The translations under genes were made by a program, and so were the position numbers. A stretch of 64,000 nucleotides of DNA from Eledone cirrhosa (taxonomy: Eukaryota), in NCBI GenBank assembly GCA_964016885.1, contig OZ024745.1, positions 72,974,001-73,038,000 on the forward strand, in the 5' to 3' direction. Shown piece by piece: positions 30,343 to 45,300 of this stretch (position 1 is the first letter of the stretch; each line of letters starts with the position of its first letter). The notes beneath the pieces were generated by a model. It worked only from the letters and a program-made list of their open reading frames with translations. It made no database searches and was not told where the DNA came from.

Positions 30343-30609
30343 TAGTAACAAAACTTGTGTTCAAATCTGAGTCACTGAATTTATTGTTAGATTTAGTCCA
30401 TATTTTTACTTCATATTTTTCACCAGGTCTTAAGGGGGTTAATATTATGTTTTCCTTGGTACTTGTTTCATTTATGTAATTATTGCTACCATATTTGTAT
30501 TGAATTAACCATTCACTTCCAGAAGATGCTGTGTTGTCAAATTTCCATTCAATAAAAGCACTATTTGTTGTAACAATTGTAACGATGGCATTAGTTGGTG
30601 GCAATGGAA
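30343..30609 (-). CDS. Tandem FN3 exon R13 (type A)
   Basis: Same splice sites, open frame. Confidence 0.88.
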
Positions 30610-31478
30610 CTGTAAGAAATAAAATAAAACAATATGACTTCACAATGTTATGGGAGTAACCTGCAGTTTGATTATTTACATTATTCTAAAGTAAAAACAT
30701 GATTTTAATACAATAACATTACTTTCAATAATAATGATTAAATATATGAAATCTGATTCTCAGTTTCAGAAACATATAATTTTAATCTAAATTATCAACA
30801 TTTAATCATGTTAACTTTACATCCAATTTTCCATGTTGGCATGGGTTGGACTATTTGTTCTCTCTTTATACAAAATATACTGTCAAAAGAATGATACTAT
30901 TGGTATTCTGTTACATAGACATATGTAGATTTAATATTATATATGAAACATTAAATTAACATTCAAATGAAGACTGTCCACAGAACATTACAGGAGATAT
31001 CATTATCATCACCTTTTAACAACTATTTTTCCATGCTAGTATGGGTTAGACATGTTCAGCTATAAGACAAGCTAGATCAGATGACCATGTCTTGCTCATA
31101 CTGAACTGTCTCTTGCCTGGTTTCTACAGCTGGATGCCCTCCCTAATGCCAACCACCTTTACAGTGTAGACAAGTTGATTTTTGTTGTGACACGTAAAAA
31201 ACTTTACAGTGTGGGCTGGGCACTTTTTTCCACCTAGTTATACCTGTAGATTATGAGATTTTATATGCCAGAGAAAGTGAAAGATATGATGTTCAGCCAC
31301 AAAAACAGAAACACTAAACTGAAAAACATTAACAATAGTTTTGGTTCTTCATTAACTGAAGATTTCGGATCAAATATGAAAAGATTTTTTTCCTAGGTAA
31401 AAGCCATAATATCATATAAAAAATTATCTTTTATAAGCTATTTTAAACATCTTAGAAAGATTCACTTCATATACTTAC

Positions 31479-31745
31479 TAGTAACAAAACTTGTGTTCAA
31501 ATCTGAGTCACTGAATTTATCGTTAGATTTAGTCCATATTTTTACTTCATATTTTTCACCAGGTCTTAAGGGGGTTAATATTATGTTTTCCTTGGTACTT
31601 GTTTCATTTATGTAATTATTGCTACCATATTTGTATTGAATTAACCATTCATTTCCAGAAGATGCTGTGTTGTCAAATTTCCATTCAATAAAAGCACTAT
31701 TTGTTGTAACAATTGTAACGATGGCATTAGTTGGTGGCAATGGAA
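31479..31745 (-). CDS. Tandem FN3 exon R12 (type A)
   Basis: Same splice sites, open frame. Confidence 0.88.
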
Positions 31746-32614
31746 CTGTAAGAAATAAAATAAAACAATATGACTTCACAATGTTATGGGAGTAACCTGC
31801 AGTTTGATTATTTACATTATTCTAAAGTAAAAACATGATTTTAATACAATAACATTACTTTCAATAATAATGATTAAATATATGAAATCTGATTCTCAGT
31901 TTCAGAAACATATAATTTTAATCTAAATTATCAACATTTAATCATGTTAACTTTACATCCAATTTTCCATGTTGGCATGGGTTGGACTATTTGTTCTCTC
32001 TTTATACAAAATATACTGTCAAAAGAATGATACTATTGGTATTCTGTTACATAGACATATGTAGATTTAATATTATATATGAAACATTAAATTAACATTC
32101 AAATGAAGACTGTCCACAGAACATTACAGGAGATATCATTATCATCACCTTTTAACAACTATTTTTCCATGCTAGTATGGGTTAGACATGTTCAGCTATA
32201 AGACAAGCTAGATCAGATGACCATGTCTTGCTCATACTGAACTGTCTCTTGCCTGGTTTCTACAGCTGGATGCCCTCCCTAATGCCAACCACCTTTACAG
32301 TGTAGACAAGGTGATTTTTGTTGTGACACGTAAAAAACTTTACAGTGTGGGCTGGGCACTTTTTTCCACCTAGTTATACCTGTAGATTATGAGATTTTAT
32401 ATGCCAGAGAAAGTGAAAGATATGATGTTCAGCCACAAAAACAGAAACACTAAACTGAAAAACATTAACAATAGTTTTGGTTCTTCATTAACTGAAGATT
32501 TCGGATCAAATATGAAAAGATTTTTTTCCTAGGTAAAAGCCATAATATCATATAAAAAATTATCTTTTATAAGCTATTTTAAACATCTTAGAAAGATTCA
32601 CTTCATATACTTAC

Positions 32615-32881
32615 TAGTAACAAAACTTGTGTTCAAATCTGAGTCACTGAATTTATCGTTAGATTTAGTCCATATTTTTACTTCATATTTTTCACCAGGT
32701 CTTAAGGGGGTTAATATTATGTTTTCCTTGGTACTTGTTTCATTTATGTAATTATTGCTACCATATTTGTATTGAATTAACCATTCATTTCCAGAAGATG
32801 CTGTGTTGTCAAATTTCCATTCAATAAAAGCACTATTTGTTGTAACAATTGTAACGATGGCATTAGTTGGTGGCAATGGAA
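32615..32881 (-). CDS. Tandem FN3 exon R11 (type A)
   Basis: Same splice sites, open frame. Confidence 0.88.
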
Positions 32882-33750
32882 CTGTAAGAAATAAAATAAA
32901 ACAATATGACTTCACAATGTTATGGGAGTAACCTGCAGTTTGATTATTTACATTATTCTAAAGTAAAAACATGATTTTAATACAATAACATTACTTTCAA
33001 TAATAATGATTAAATATATGAAATCTGATTCTCAGTTTCAGAAACATATAATTTTAATCTAAATTATCAACATTTAATCATGTTAACTTTACATCCAATT
33101 TTCCATGTTGGCATGGGTTGGACTATTTGTTCTCTCTTTATACAAAATATACTGTCAAAAGAATGATACTATTGGTATTCTGTTACATAGACATATGTAG
33201 ATTTAATATTATATATGAAACATTAAATTAACATTCAAATGAAGACTGTCCACAGAACATTACAGGAGATATCATTATCATCACCTTTTAACAACTATTT
33301 TTCCATGCTAGTATGGGTTAGACATGTTCAGCTATAAGACAAGCTAGATCAGATGACCATGTCTTGCTCATACTGAACTGTCTCTTGCCTGGTTTCTACA
33401 GCTGGATGCCCTCCCTAATGCCAACCACCTTTACAGTGTAGACAAGGTGATTTTTGTTGTGACACGTAAAAAACTTTACAGTGTGGGCTGGGCACTTTTT
33501 TCCACCTAGTTATACCTGTAGATTATGAGATTTTATATGCCAGAGAAAGTGAAAGATATGATGTTCAGCCACAAAAACAGAAACACTAAACTGAAAAACA
33601 TTAACAATAGTTTTGGTTCTTCATTAACTGAAGATTTCGGATCAAATATGAAAAGATTTTTTTCCTAGGTAAAAGCCATAATATCATATAAAAAATTATC
33701 TTTTATAAGCTATTTTAAACATCTTAGAAAGATTCACTTCATATACTTAC

Positions 33751-34017
33751 TAGTAACAAAACTTGTGTTCAAATCTGAGTCACTGAATTTATCGTTAGAT
33801 TTAGTCCATATTTTTACTTCATATTTTTCACCAGGTCTTAAGGGGGTTAATATTATGTTTTCCTTGGTACTTTTTTCATTTATGTAATTATTGCTACCAT
33901 ATTTGTATTGAATTAACCATTCATTTCCAGAAGATGCTGTGTTGTCAAATTTCCATTCAATAAAAGCACTATTTGTTGTAACAATTGTAACGATGGCATT
34001 AGTTGGTGGCAATGGAA
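33751..34017 (-). CDS. Tandem FN3 exon R10 (type A, NEK variant)
   Basis: Same splice sites, open frame. Confidence 0.88.
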
Positions 34018-34886
34018 CTGTAAGAAATAAAATAAAACAATATGACTTCACAATGTTATGGGAGTAACCTGCAGTTTGATTATTTACATTATTCTAAAGT
34101 AAAAACATGATTTTAATACAATAACATTACTTTCAATAATAATGATTAAATATATGAAATCTGATTCTCAGTTTCAGAAACATATAATTTTAATCTAAAT
34201 TATCAACATTTAATCATGTTAACTTTACATCCAATTTTCCATGTTGGCATGGGTTGGACTATTTGTTCTCTCTTTATACAAAATATACTGTCAAAAGAAT
34301 GATACTATTGGTATTCTGTTACATAGACATATGTAGATTTAATATTATATATGAAACATTAAATTAACATTCAAATGAAGACTGTCCACAGAACATTACA
34401 GGAGATATCATTATCATCACCTTTTAACAACTATTTTTCCATGCTAGTATGGGTTAGACATGTTCAGCTATAAGACAAGCTAGATCAGATGACCATGTCT
34501 TGCTCATACTGAACTGTCTCTTGCCTGGTTTCTACAGCTGGATGCCCTCCCTAATGCCAACCACCTTTACAGTGTAGACAAGGTGATTTTTGTTGTGACA
34601 CGTAAAAAACTTTACAGTGTGGACTGGGCACTTTTATCCACCTAGTTATACCTGTAGATTATGAGATTTTATATGCCAGAGAATGTGAAAGATATGATGT
34701 TCTGCCACAAAAACAGAAACACTAAACTGAAAAACATTAACAATAGTTTTGGTTCTTCATTAACTGAAGATTTTGGATCAAATATGGAAAGATTTTTTTC
34801 CTAGGTAAAAGCCATAATATCATATAAAAAATTATCTTTTATAAGCTATTTTAAACATCTTAGAAAGATTCACTTCATATACTTAC

Positions 34887-35153
34887 TAGTAACAAAACTT
34901 GTGTTCAAATCTGAGTCACTGAATTTATCGTTAGATTTAGTCCATATTTTTACTTCATATTTTTCACCAGGTCTTAAGGGGGTTAATATTATGTTTTCCT
35001 TGGTACTTGTTTCATTTATGTAATTATTGCTACCATATTTGTATTGAATTAACCATTCATTTCCAGAAGATGCTGTGTTGTCAAATTTCCATTCAATAAA
35101 AGCACTATTTGTTGTAACAATTGTAACGATGGCATTAGTTGGTGGCAATGGAA
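34887..35153 (-). CDS. Tandem FN3 exon R9 (type A)
   Basis: Same splice sites, open frame. Confidence 0.88.
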
Positions 35154-36021
35154 CTGTAAGAAATAAAATAAAACAATATGACTTCACAATGTTATGGGAG
35201 TAACCTGCAGTTTGATTATTTACATTATTCTAAAGTAAAAACATGATTTTAATACAATAACATTACTTTCAATAATAATGATTAAATATATGAAATCTGA
35301 TTCTCAGTTTCAGAAACATATAATTTTAATCTAAATTATCAACATTTAATCATGTTAACTTTACATCCAATTTTCCATGTTGGCATGGGTTGGACTATTT
35401 GTTCTCTCTTTATACAAAATATACTGTCAAAAGAATGATACTATTGGTATTCTGTTACATAGACATATGTAGATTTAATATTATATATGAAACATTAAAT
35501 TAACATTCAAATGAAGACTGTCCACAGAACATTACAGGAGATATCATTATCATCACCTTTTAACAACTATTTTTCCATGCTAGTATGGGTTAGACATGTT
35601 CAGCTATAAGACAAGCTAGATCAGATGACCATGTCTTGCTCATACTGAACTGTCTCTTGCCTGGTTTCTACAGCTGGATGCCCTCCCTAATGCCAACCAC
35701 CTTTACAGTGTAGACAAGGTGATTTTTGTTGTGACACGTAAAAAACTTTACAGTGTGGGCTGGGCACTTTTTTCCACCTAGTTATACCTGTAGATTATGA
35801 GATTTTATATGCCAGAGAAAGTGAAAGATATGATGTTCAGCCACAAAAACAGAAACACTAAACTGAAAAACATTAACAATAGTTTTGGTTCTTCATTAAC
35901 TGAAGATTTCGGATCAAATATGGAAAGATTTTTTCCTAGGTAAAAGCCATAATATCATATAAAAAAATATCTTTTATAAGCTATTTTAAACATCTTAGAA
36001 AGTTTCACTTCATATACTTAC

Positions 36022-36285
36022 TAGTAACAAAACTTTTGTTCAAATATGAGTCACTGAATTTATTGTTAGATTTAGTCCATATTTTTACTTCATATTTTGC
36101 ACCAGGTCTTAAGGAGGTTAATGTGATTTCCGTGGTACTTGTTGTATTTGTGTAATTATTGCTACCATTTTTGTATTGAATTAACCATTCACTTCCAGAA
36201 GATGTTGTGTTGTCAAATTTCCATTCAATAGTAGAACTATTTGTTGTAACATTTGTAACGATGGCATTAGTTGGTTTCAATGGAA
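36022..36285 (-). CDS. Tandem FN3 exon R8 (type B, 264 nt)
   Basis: Canonical AG/GT, phase 1-1; lies 6114 bp from R3. Confidence 0.88.
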
Positions 36286-37592
36286 CTGTAAGAAATAAAA
36301 TAAAACAATATGACTTCCTAATGTTATTTTAGAAAGAGAAAGTAATTGAAAGCAAATCAGTTGTGAAAATGCATTTCACAATGGAGTACTGTTTACAAAT
36401 AATTAATCATAATGCATTTCACAATGGAGCACTGTTTGAGATAATGAATAGATCACAATATGTCAATCCCTAACTCTAATTTCAATGTGTCCCTTTGACA
36501 CCTTAACCATTATAATGATGGCTTTTGTTCTTGAAAACTTGATAAATCTAATGCATTTCCTACTAAAAACTACTTACTGTCACACTTTATTTCATGTTTC
36601 AGAATCAATACTAAATACTTTTCCTAGTCCCTCCTCTTCAGAACTGCAATCTTTGGAACAATTATCCTGCTTTTCTACCCTACACCAACTAACATTACAA
36701 AGCCAAATTTCCTTCAAATGACACTCTGCTATCTTTAAAACAAAAAGGAAAAAGAAAGCAGGATACATAAATTAATGTAGTCACTATGACTAATAATGAT
36801 CATGGTTGTAAATCCTTTGATCAGAGGTCTGCTAAGCTAGAGCTGACATAGAGCTAAAAACTGCAATTTATCAAATTATCAACAACAAAAATATGAACAG
36901 CAAAGACCTGGGTTCATCCATTTTTCATGTAAGTAGCAAAGCATAGGAATTTTTTTCTTCAAAATGTTATTATAAGCAGATGCTGACATTGCTCTTTATA
37001 CATTTAAATGATACTATTGGTATTCTGTTACATAGACATATGTAGATTTAATATCATATATGAAACATTAAATTAACATTCAAATTAAGACTGTCCACAG
37101 AACATTACAGGAGATATCATAATCATCACCTTTAACAACTATTTTTCCATGCTAGTATGGGTTAGACATGTTCAGCTATAAGACAAGCTAGATCAGATGA
37201 CCATGTCTTGCTCATACTGAACTGTCTCTTGCCTGGTTTCTACAGCTGGATGCCCTCCCTAATGCACCACCTTTACAGTGTCGACAAGGTGATTTTTGTT
37301 GTGACACGTAAAAAACTTTACAGTGTGGGCTGGGCACTTTTTTCCACCTAGTTATACCTGTAGATTATGAGATCTTATATGCCAGAGAAAGTGAAAGATA
37401 TGATGTTCTGCCACAAAAACAGAAACACTAAACTGAAAAACATTAACAATAGTTTTGGTTCTTCATTAACTGAAGATTTTGGATCAAATATGAAAAGATT
37501 TTTTTCCTAGGTAAAAGCCATAATATCATATAAAAAAATATCTTTTATAAGCTATTTTAAACATCTTAGAAAGATTCACTTCATATACTTAC

Positions 37593-37859
37593 TAGTAACA
37601 AAACTTGTGTTCAAATCTGAGTCACTGAATTTATTGTTAGATTTAGTCCATATTTTTACTTCATATTTTTCACCAGGTCTTAAGGGGGTTAATATTATGT
37701 TTTCCTTGGTACTTGTTTCATTTATGTAATTATTGCTACCATATTTGTATTGAATTAACCATTCACTTCCAGAAGATGCTGTGTTGTCAAATTTCCATTC
37801 AATAAAAGCACTATTTGTTGTAACAATTGTAACGATGGCATTAGTTGGTGGCAATGGAA
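37593..37859 (-). CDS. Tandem FN3 exon R7 (type A)
   Basis: Same splice sites, 1136-bp period. Confidence 0.88.
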
Positions 37860-38728
37860 CTGTAAGAAATAAAATAAAACAATATGACTTCACAATGTTA
37901 TGGGAGTAACCTGCAGTTTGATTATTTACATTATTCTAAAGTAAAAACATGATTTTAATACAATAACATTACTTTCAATAATAATGATTAAATATATGAA
38001 ATCTGATTCTCAGTTTCAGAAACATATAATTTTAATCTAAATTATCAACATTTAATCATGTTAACTTTACATCCAATTTTCCATGTTGGCATGGGTTGGA
38101 CTATTTGTTCTCTCTTTATACAAAATATACTGTCAAAAGAATGATACTATTGGTATTCTGTTACATAGACATATGTAGATTTAATATTATATATGAAACA
38201 TTAAATTAACATTCAAATGAAGACTGTCCACAGAACATTACAGGAGATATCATTATCATCACCTTTTAACAACTATTTTTCCATGCTAGTATGGGTTAGA
38301 CATGTTCAGCTATAAGACAAGCTAGATCAGATGACCATGTCTTGCTCATACTGAACTGTCTCTTGCCTGGTTTCTACAGCTGGATGCCCTCCCTAATGCC
38401 AACCACCTTTACAGTGTCGACAAGGTGATTTTTGTTGTGACACGTAAAAAACTTTACAGTGTGGGCTGGGCACTTTTTTCCACCTAGTTATACCTGTAGA
38501 TTATGAGATCTTATATGCCAGAGAAAGTGAAAGATATGATGTTCTGCCACAAAAACAGAAACACTAAACTGAAAAACATTAACAATAGTTTTGGTTCTTC
38601 ATTAACTGAAGATTTCGGATCAAATATGAAAAGATTTTTTTCCTAGGTAAAAGCCATAATATCATATAAAAAAATATCTTTTATAAGCTATTTTAAACAT
38701 CTTAGAAAGATTCACTTCATATACTTAC

Positions 38729-38995
38729 TAGTAACAAAACTTGTGTTCAAATCTGAGTCACTGAATTTATTGTTAGATTTAGTCCATATTTTTACTTCAT
38801 ATTTTTCACCAGGTCTTAAGGGGGTTAATATTATGTTTTCCTTGGTACTTGTTTCATTTATGTAATTATTGCTACCATATTTGTATTGAATTAACCATTC
38901 ACTTCCAGAAGATGCTGTGTTGTCAAATTTCCATTCAATAAAAGCACTATTTGTTGTAACAATTGTAACGATGGCATTAGTTGGTGGCAATGGAA
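38729..38995 (-). CDS. Tandem FN3 exon R6 (type A)
   Basis: Same splice sites, 1136-bp period. Confidence 0.88.
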
Positions 38996-39864
38996 CTGTA
39001 AGAAATAAAATAAAACAATATGACTTCACAATGTTATGGGAGTAACCTGCAGTTTGATTATTTACATTATTCTAAAGTAAAAACATGATTTTAATACAAT
39101 AACATTACTTTCAATAATAATGATTAAATATATGAAATCTGATTCTCAGTTTCAGAAACATATAATTTTAATCTAAATTATCAACATTTAATCATGTTAA
39201 CTTTACATCCAATTTTCCATGTTGGCATGGGTTGGACTATTTGTTCTCTCTTTATACAAAATATACTGTCAAAAGAATGATACTATTGGTATTCTGTTAC
39301 ATAGACATATGTAGATTTAATATTATATATGAAACATTAAATTAACATTCAAATGAAGACTGTCCACAGAACATTACAGGAGATATCATTATCATCACCT
39401 TTTAACAACTATTTTTCCATGCTAGTATGGGTTAGACATGTTCAGCTATAAGACAAGCTAGATCAGATGACCATGTCTTGCTCATACTGAACTGTCTCTT
39501 GCCTGGTTTCTACAGCTGGATGCCCTCCCTAATGCCAACCACCTTTACAGTGTAGACAAGGTGATTTTTGTTGTGACACGTAAAAAACTTTACAGTGTGG
39601 GCTGGGCACTTTTTTCCACCTAGTTATACCTGTAGATTATGAGATTTTATATGCCAGAGAAAGTGAAAGATATGATGTTCAGCCACAAAAACAGAAACAC
39701 TAAACTGAAAAACATTAACAATAGTTTTGGTTCTTCATTAACTGAAGATTTCGGATCAAATATGAAAAGATTTTTTTCCTAGGTAAAAGCCATAATATCA
39801 TATAAAAAATTATCTTTTATAAGCTATTTTAAACATCTTAGAAAGATTCACTTCATATACTTAC

Positions 39865-40131
39865 TAGTAACAAAACTTGTGTTCAAATCTGAGTCACTGA
39901 ATTTATCGTTAGATTTAGTCCATATTTTTACTTCATATTTTTCACCAGGTCTTAAGGGGGTTAATATTATGTTTTCCTTGGTACTTTTTTCATTTATGTA
40001 ATTATTGCTACCATATTTGTATTGAATTAACCATTCATTTCCAGAAGATGCTGTGTTGTCAAATTTCCATTCAATAAAAGCACTATTTGTTGTAACAATT
40101 GTAACGATGGCATTAGTTGGTGGCAATGGAA
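39865..40131 (-). CDS. Tandem FN3 exon R5 (type A, NEK variant)
   Basis: Same splice sites, 1136-bp period. Confidence 0.88.
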
Positions 40132-41000
40132 CTGTAAGAAATAAAATAAAACAATATGACTTCACAATGTTATGGGAGTAACCTGCAGTTTGATTATTTA
40201 CATTATTCTAAAGTAAAAACATGATTTTAATACAATAACATTACTTTCAATAATAATGATTAAATATATGAAATCTGATTCTCAGTTTCAGAAACATATA
40301 ATTTTAATCTAAATTATCAACATTTAATCATGTTAACTTTACATCCAATTTTCCATGTTGGCATGGGTTGGACTATTTGTTCTCTCTTTATACAAAATAT
40401 ACTGTCAAAAGAATGATACTATTGGTATTCTGTTACATAGACATATGTAGATTTAATATTATATATGAAACATTAAATTAACATTCAAATGAAGACTGTC
40501 CACAGAACATTACAGGAGATATCATTATCATCACCTTTTAACAACTATTTTTCCATGCTAGTATGGGTTAGACATGTTCAGCTATAAGACAAGCTAGATC
40601 AGATGACCATGTCTTGCTCATACTGAACTGTCTCTTGCCTGGTTTCTACAGCTGGATGCCCTCCCTAATGCCAACCACCTTTACAGTGTAGACAAGGTGA
40701 TTTTTGTTGTGACACGTAAAAAACTTTACAGTGTGGACTGGGCACTTTTATCCACCTAGTTATACCTGTAGATTATGAGATTTTATATGCCAGAGAATGT
40801 GAAAGATATGATGTTCTGCCACAAAAACAGAAACACTAAACTGAAAAACATTAACAATAGTTTTGGTTCTTCATTAACTGAAGATTTTGGATCAAATATG
40901 GAAAGATTTTTTTCCTAGGTAAAAGCCATAATATCATATAAAAAATTATCTTTTATAAGCTATTTTAAACATCTTAGAAAGATTCACTTCATATACTTAC

Positions 41001-41267
41001 TAGTAACAAAACTTGTGTTCAAATCTGAGTCACTGAATTTATCGTTAGATTTAGTCCATATTTTTACTTCATATTTTTCACCAGGTCTTAAGGGGGTTAA
41101 TATTATGTTTTCCTTGGTACTTGTTTCATTTATGTAATTATTGCTACCATATTTGTATTGAATTAACCATTCATTTCCAGAAGATGCTGTGTTGTCAAAT
41201 TTCCATTCAATAAAAGCACTATTTGTTGTAACAATTGTAACGATGGCATTAGTTGGTGGCAATGGAA
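41001..41267 (-). CDS. Tandem FN3 exon R4 (type A, 267 nt)
   Basis: Canonical AG/GT, phase 1-1. PLPPTNAIVTIVTTNSAFIEWKF...LRPGEKYEVKIWTKS...SFVT. Confidence 0.88.
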
Positions 41268-42135
41268 CTGTAAGAAATAAAATAAAACAATATGACTTCA
41301 CAATGTTATGGGAGTAACCTGCAGTTTGATTATTTACATTATTCTAAAGTAAAAACATGATTTTAATACAATAACATTACTTTCAATAATAATGATTAAA
41401 TATATGAAATCTGATTCTCAGTTTCAGAAACATATAATTTTAATCTAAATTATCAACATTTAATCATGTTAACTTTACATCCAATTTTCCATGTTGGCAT
41501 GGGTTGGACTATTTGTTCTCTCTTTATACAAAATATACTGTCAAAAGAATGATACTATTGGTATTCTGTTACATAGACATATGTAGATTTAATATTATAT
41601 ATGAAACATTAAATTAACATTCAAATGAAGACTGTCCACAGAACATTACAGGAGATATCATTATCATCACCTTTTAACAACTATTTTTCCATGCTAGTAT
41701 GGGTTAGACATGTTCAGCTATAAGACAAGCTAGATCAGATGACCATGTCTTGCTCATACTGAACTGTCTCTTGCCTGGTTTCTACAGCTGGATGCCCTCC
41801 CTAATGCCAACCACCTTTACAGTGTAGACAAGGTGATTTTTGTTGTGACACGTAAAAAACTTTACAGTGTGGGCTGGGCACTTTTTTCCACCTAGTTATA
41901 CCTGTAGATTATGAGATTTTATATGCCAGAGAAAGTGAAAGATATGATGTTCAGCCACAAAAACAGAAACACTAAACTGAAAAACATTAACAATAGTTTT
42001 GGTTCTTCATTAACTGAAGATTTCGGATCAAATATGGAAAGATTTTTTCCTAGGTAAAAGCCATAATATCATATAAAAAAATATCTTTTATAAGCTATTT
42101 TAAACATCTTAGAAAGTTTCACTTCATATACTTAC

Positions 42136-42399
42136 TAGTAACAAAACTTTTGTTCAAATATGAGTCACTGAAGTTATTGTTAGATTTAGTCCATATTTTT
42201 ACTTCATATTTTGCACCAGGTCTTAAGGAGGTTAATGTGATTTCCGTGGTACTTGTTGTATTTGTGTAATTATTGCTACCATTTTTGTATTGAATTAACC
42301 ATTCACTTCCAGAAGATGTTGTGTTGTCAAATTTCCATTCAATAGTAGAACTATTTGTTGTAACATTTGTAACGATGGCATTAGTTGGTTTCAATGGAA
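42136..42399 (-). CDS. Tandem FN3 exon R3 (type B, 264 nt)
   Basis: Canonical AG/GT, phase 1-1, open frame. Confidence 0.88.
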
Positions 42400-43718
42400 C
42401 TGTAAGAAATAAAATAAAACAATATGACTTCCTAATGTTATTTTAGAAAGAGAAAGTAATTGAAAGCAAATCAGTTGTGAAAATGCATTTCACAATGGAG
42501 TACTGTTTACAAATAATTAATCATAATGCATTTCACAATGGAGCACTGTTTGAGATAATGAATAGATCACAATATGTCAATCCCTAACTCTAATTTCAAT
42601 GTGTCCCTTTGACACCTTAACCATTATAATGATGGCTTTTGTTCTTGAAAACTTGATAAATCTAATGCATTTCCTACTAAAAACTACTTACTGTCACACT
42701 TTATTTCATGTTTCAGAATCAATACTAAATACTTTTCCTAGTCCCTCCTCTTCAGAACTGCAATCTTTGGAACAATTATCCTGCTTTTCTACCCTACACC
42801 AACTAACATTACAAAGCCAAATTTCCTTCAAATGACACTCTGCTATCTTTAAAACAAAAAGGAAAAAGAAAGCAGGATACATAAATTAATGTAGTCCAAA
42901 ATACACTATGACTAATAATGATCATGGTTGTAAATCCTTTGATCAGAGGTCTGCTAAGCTAGAGCTGACATAGAGCTAAAAACTGCAATTTATCAAATTA
43001 TCAACAACAAAAATATGAACAGCAAAGACCTGGGTTCATCCATTTTTCATGTAAGTAGCAAAGCATAGGAATTTTTTTCTTCAAAATGTTATTATAAGCA
43101 GATGCTGACATTGCTCTTTATACATTTAAATGATACTATTGGTATTCTGTTACATAGACATATGTAGATTTAATATCATATATGAAACATTAAATTAACA
43201 TTCAAATTAAGACTGTCCACAGAACATTACAGGAGATATCATTATCATCACCTTTTAACAACCATTTTTCCATGCTAGTATGGGTTAGACATGTTCAGCT
43301 ATAAGACAAGCTAGATTAGATGACCATGTCTTTCTCATACTGAACTGTCTCTGGCCTGGTTTCTACAGCTGGATGCCCTTCCTAATGCCAACCACCTTTA
43401 CAGTGTAGACAAGGTGCTTTTTGTTGTGACATGTAAAAAACTTTACAGTGTGGGCTGGGCCCTTTTTTCCACCTAGTTATACCTGTATATTATCAGATTT
43501 TATATGTCAGAGAAGGTGAAAGATATGATGTTCTGCCACAAAAAGAGAAACACTATACTGAAAAAACATTAACACTAGTTTTGGTTCTTTGTTAAATGAA
43601 GATTTCGGATCAAATATGGAAAGATTTTTTCCTAGGTAAAAGCCATAATAACATATAAAAAAAAAATCTTCTATAAGCTATTTTAAACATCTTAGAAAGT
43701 TCCACTTCATATACTTAC

Positions 43719-43982
43719 TAGTAACAAAACTTGTGTTCAAATATGAGTTACTGAATTTATTGTTAGATTTAGTCCATATTATTACTTCATATTTTGCACC
43801 AGGTCTTAAGGAGGTTAATGTGATTTCCGTGGTACTTGTTGTATTTGTGTAATTATTGCTACCATTTTTGTATTGAATTAACCATTCACTTCCAGAAGAT
43901 GTTGTGTTGTCAAATTTCCATTCAATAGTAGAACTATTTGTTGTAACATTTGTAACGATGGCATTAGTTGGTTTCAATGGAA
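43719..43982 (-). CDS. Tandem FN3 exon R2 (type B, 264 nt)
   Basis: Canonical AG/GT, phase 1-1, open frame with FN3 W and LxPGxxY motifs. Confidence 0.88.
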
Positions 43983-45300
43983 CTGTAAGAAATAAAATAA
44001 AACAATATGACTTCCTAATGTTATTTTAGAAAGAGAAAGTAATTGAAAGCAAATCAGTTGTGAAAATGCATTTCACAATGGAGTACTGTTTACAAATAAT
44101 TAATCATAATGCATTTCACAATGGAGCACTGTTTGAGATAATGAATAGATCACAATATGTCAATCCCTAACTCTAATTTCAATGTGTCCCTTTGACACCT
44201 TAACCATTATAATGATGGCTTTTGTTCTTGAAAACTTGATAAATCTAATGCATTTCCTACTAAAAACTACTTACTGTCACACTTTATTTCATGTTTCAGA
44301 ATCAATACTAAATACTTTTCCTAGTCCCTCCTCTTCAGAACTGCAATCTTTGGAACAATTATCCTGCTTTTCTACCCTACACCAACTAACATTACAAAGC
44401 CAAATTTCCTTCAAATGACACTCTGCTATCTTTAAAACAAAAAGGAAAAAGAAAGCAGGATACATAAATTAATGTAGTCCAAAATACACTATGACTAATA
44501 ATGATCATGGTTGTAAATCCTTTGATCAGAGGTCTGCTAAGCTAGAGCTGACATAGAGCTAAAAACTGCAATTTATCAAATTATCAACAACAAAAATATG
44601 AACAGCAAAGACCTGGGTTCATCCATTTTTCATGTAAGTAGCAAAGCATAGGAATTTTTTTCTTCAAAATGTTATTATAAGCAGATGCTGACATTGCTCT
44701 TTATACATTTAAATGATACTATTGGTATTCTGTTACATAGACATATGTAGATTTAATATCATATATGAAACATTAAATTAACATTCAAATTAAGACTGTC
44801 CACAGAACATTACAGGAGATATCATTATCATCACCTTTTAACAATCATTTTTCCATGCTAGTATGGGTTAGACATGTTCAGCTATAAGACAAGCTAGATC
44901 AGATGACCATGTCTTTCTCATACTGAACTGTCTCTGGCCTGGTTTCTACAGCTGGATGCCCTTCCTAATGCCAACCACCTTTACAGTGTAGACAAGGTGC
45001 TTTTTGTTGTGACATGTAAAAAACTTTACAGTGTGGGCTGGGCCCTTTTTTCCACCTAGTTATACCTGTAGATTATGAGATTTTATATGTCAGAGAAGGT
45101 GAAAGATATGATGTTCTGCCACAAAAAGAGAAACACTATACTGAAAAAACATTAACACTAGTTTTGGTTCTTTGTTAAATGAAGATTTCGGATCAAATAT
45201 GGAAAGATTTTTTCCTAGGTAAAGCCATAATAACATATAAAAAAAAAATCTTCTATAAGCTATTTTAAACATCTTAGAAAGTTCCACTTCATATACTTAC

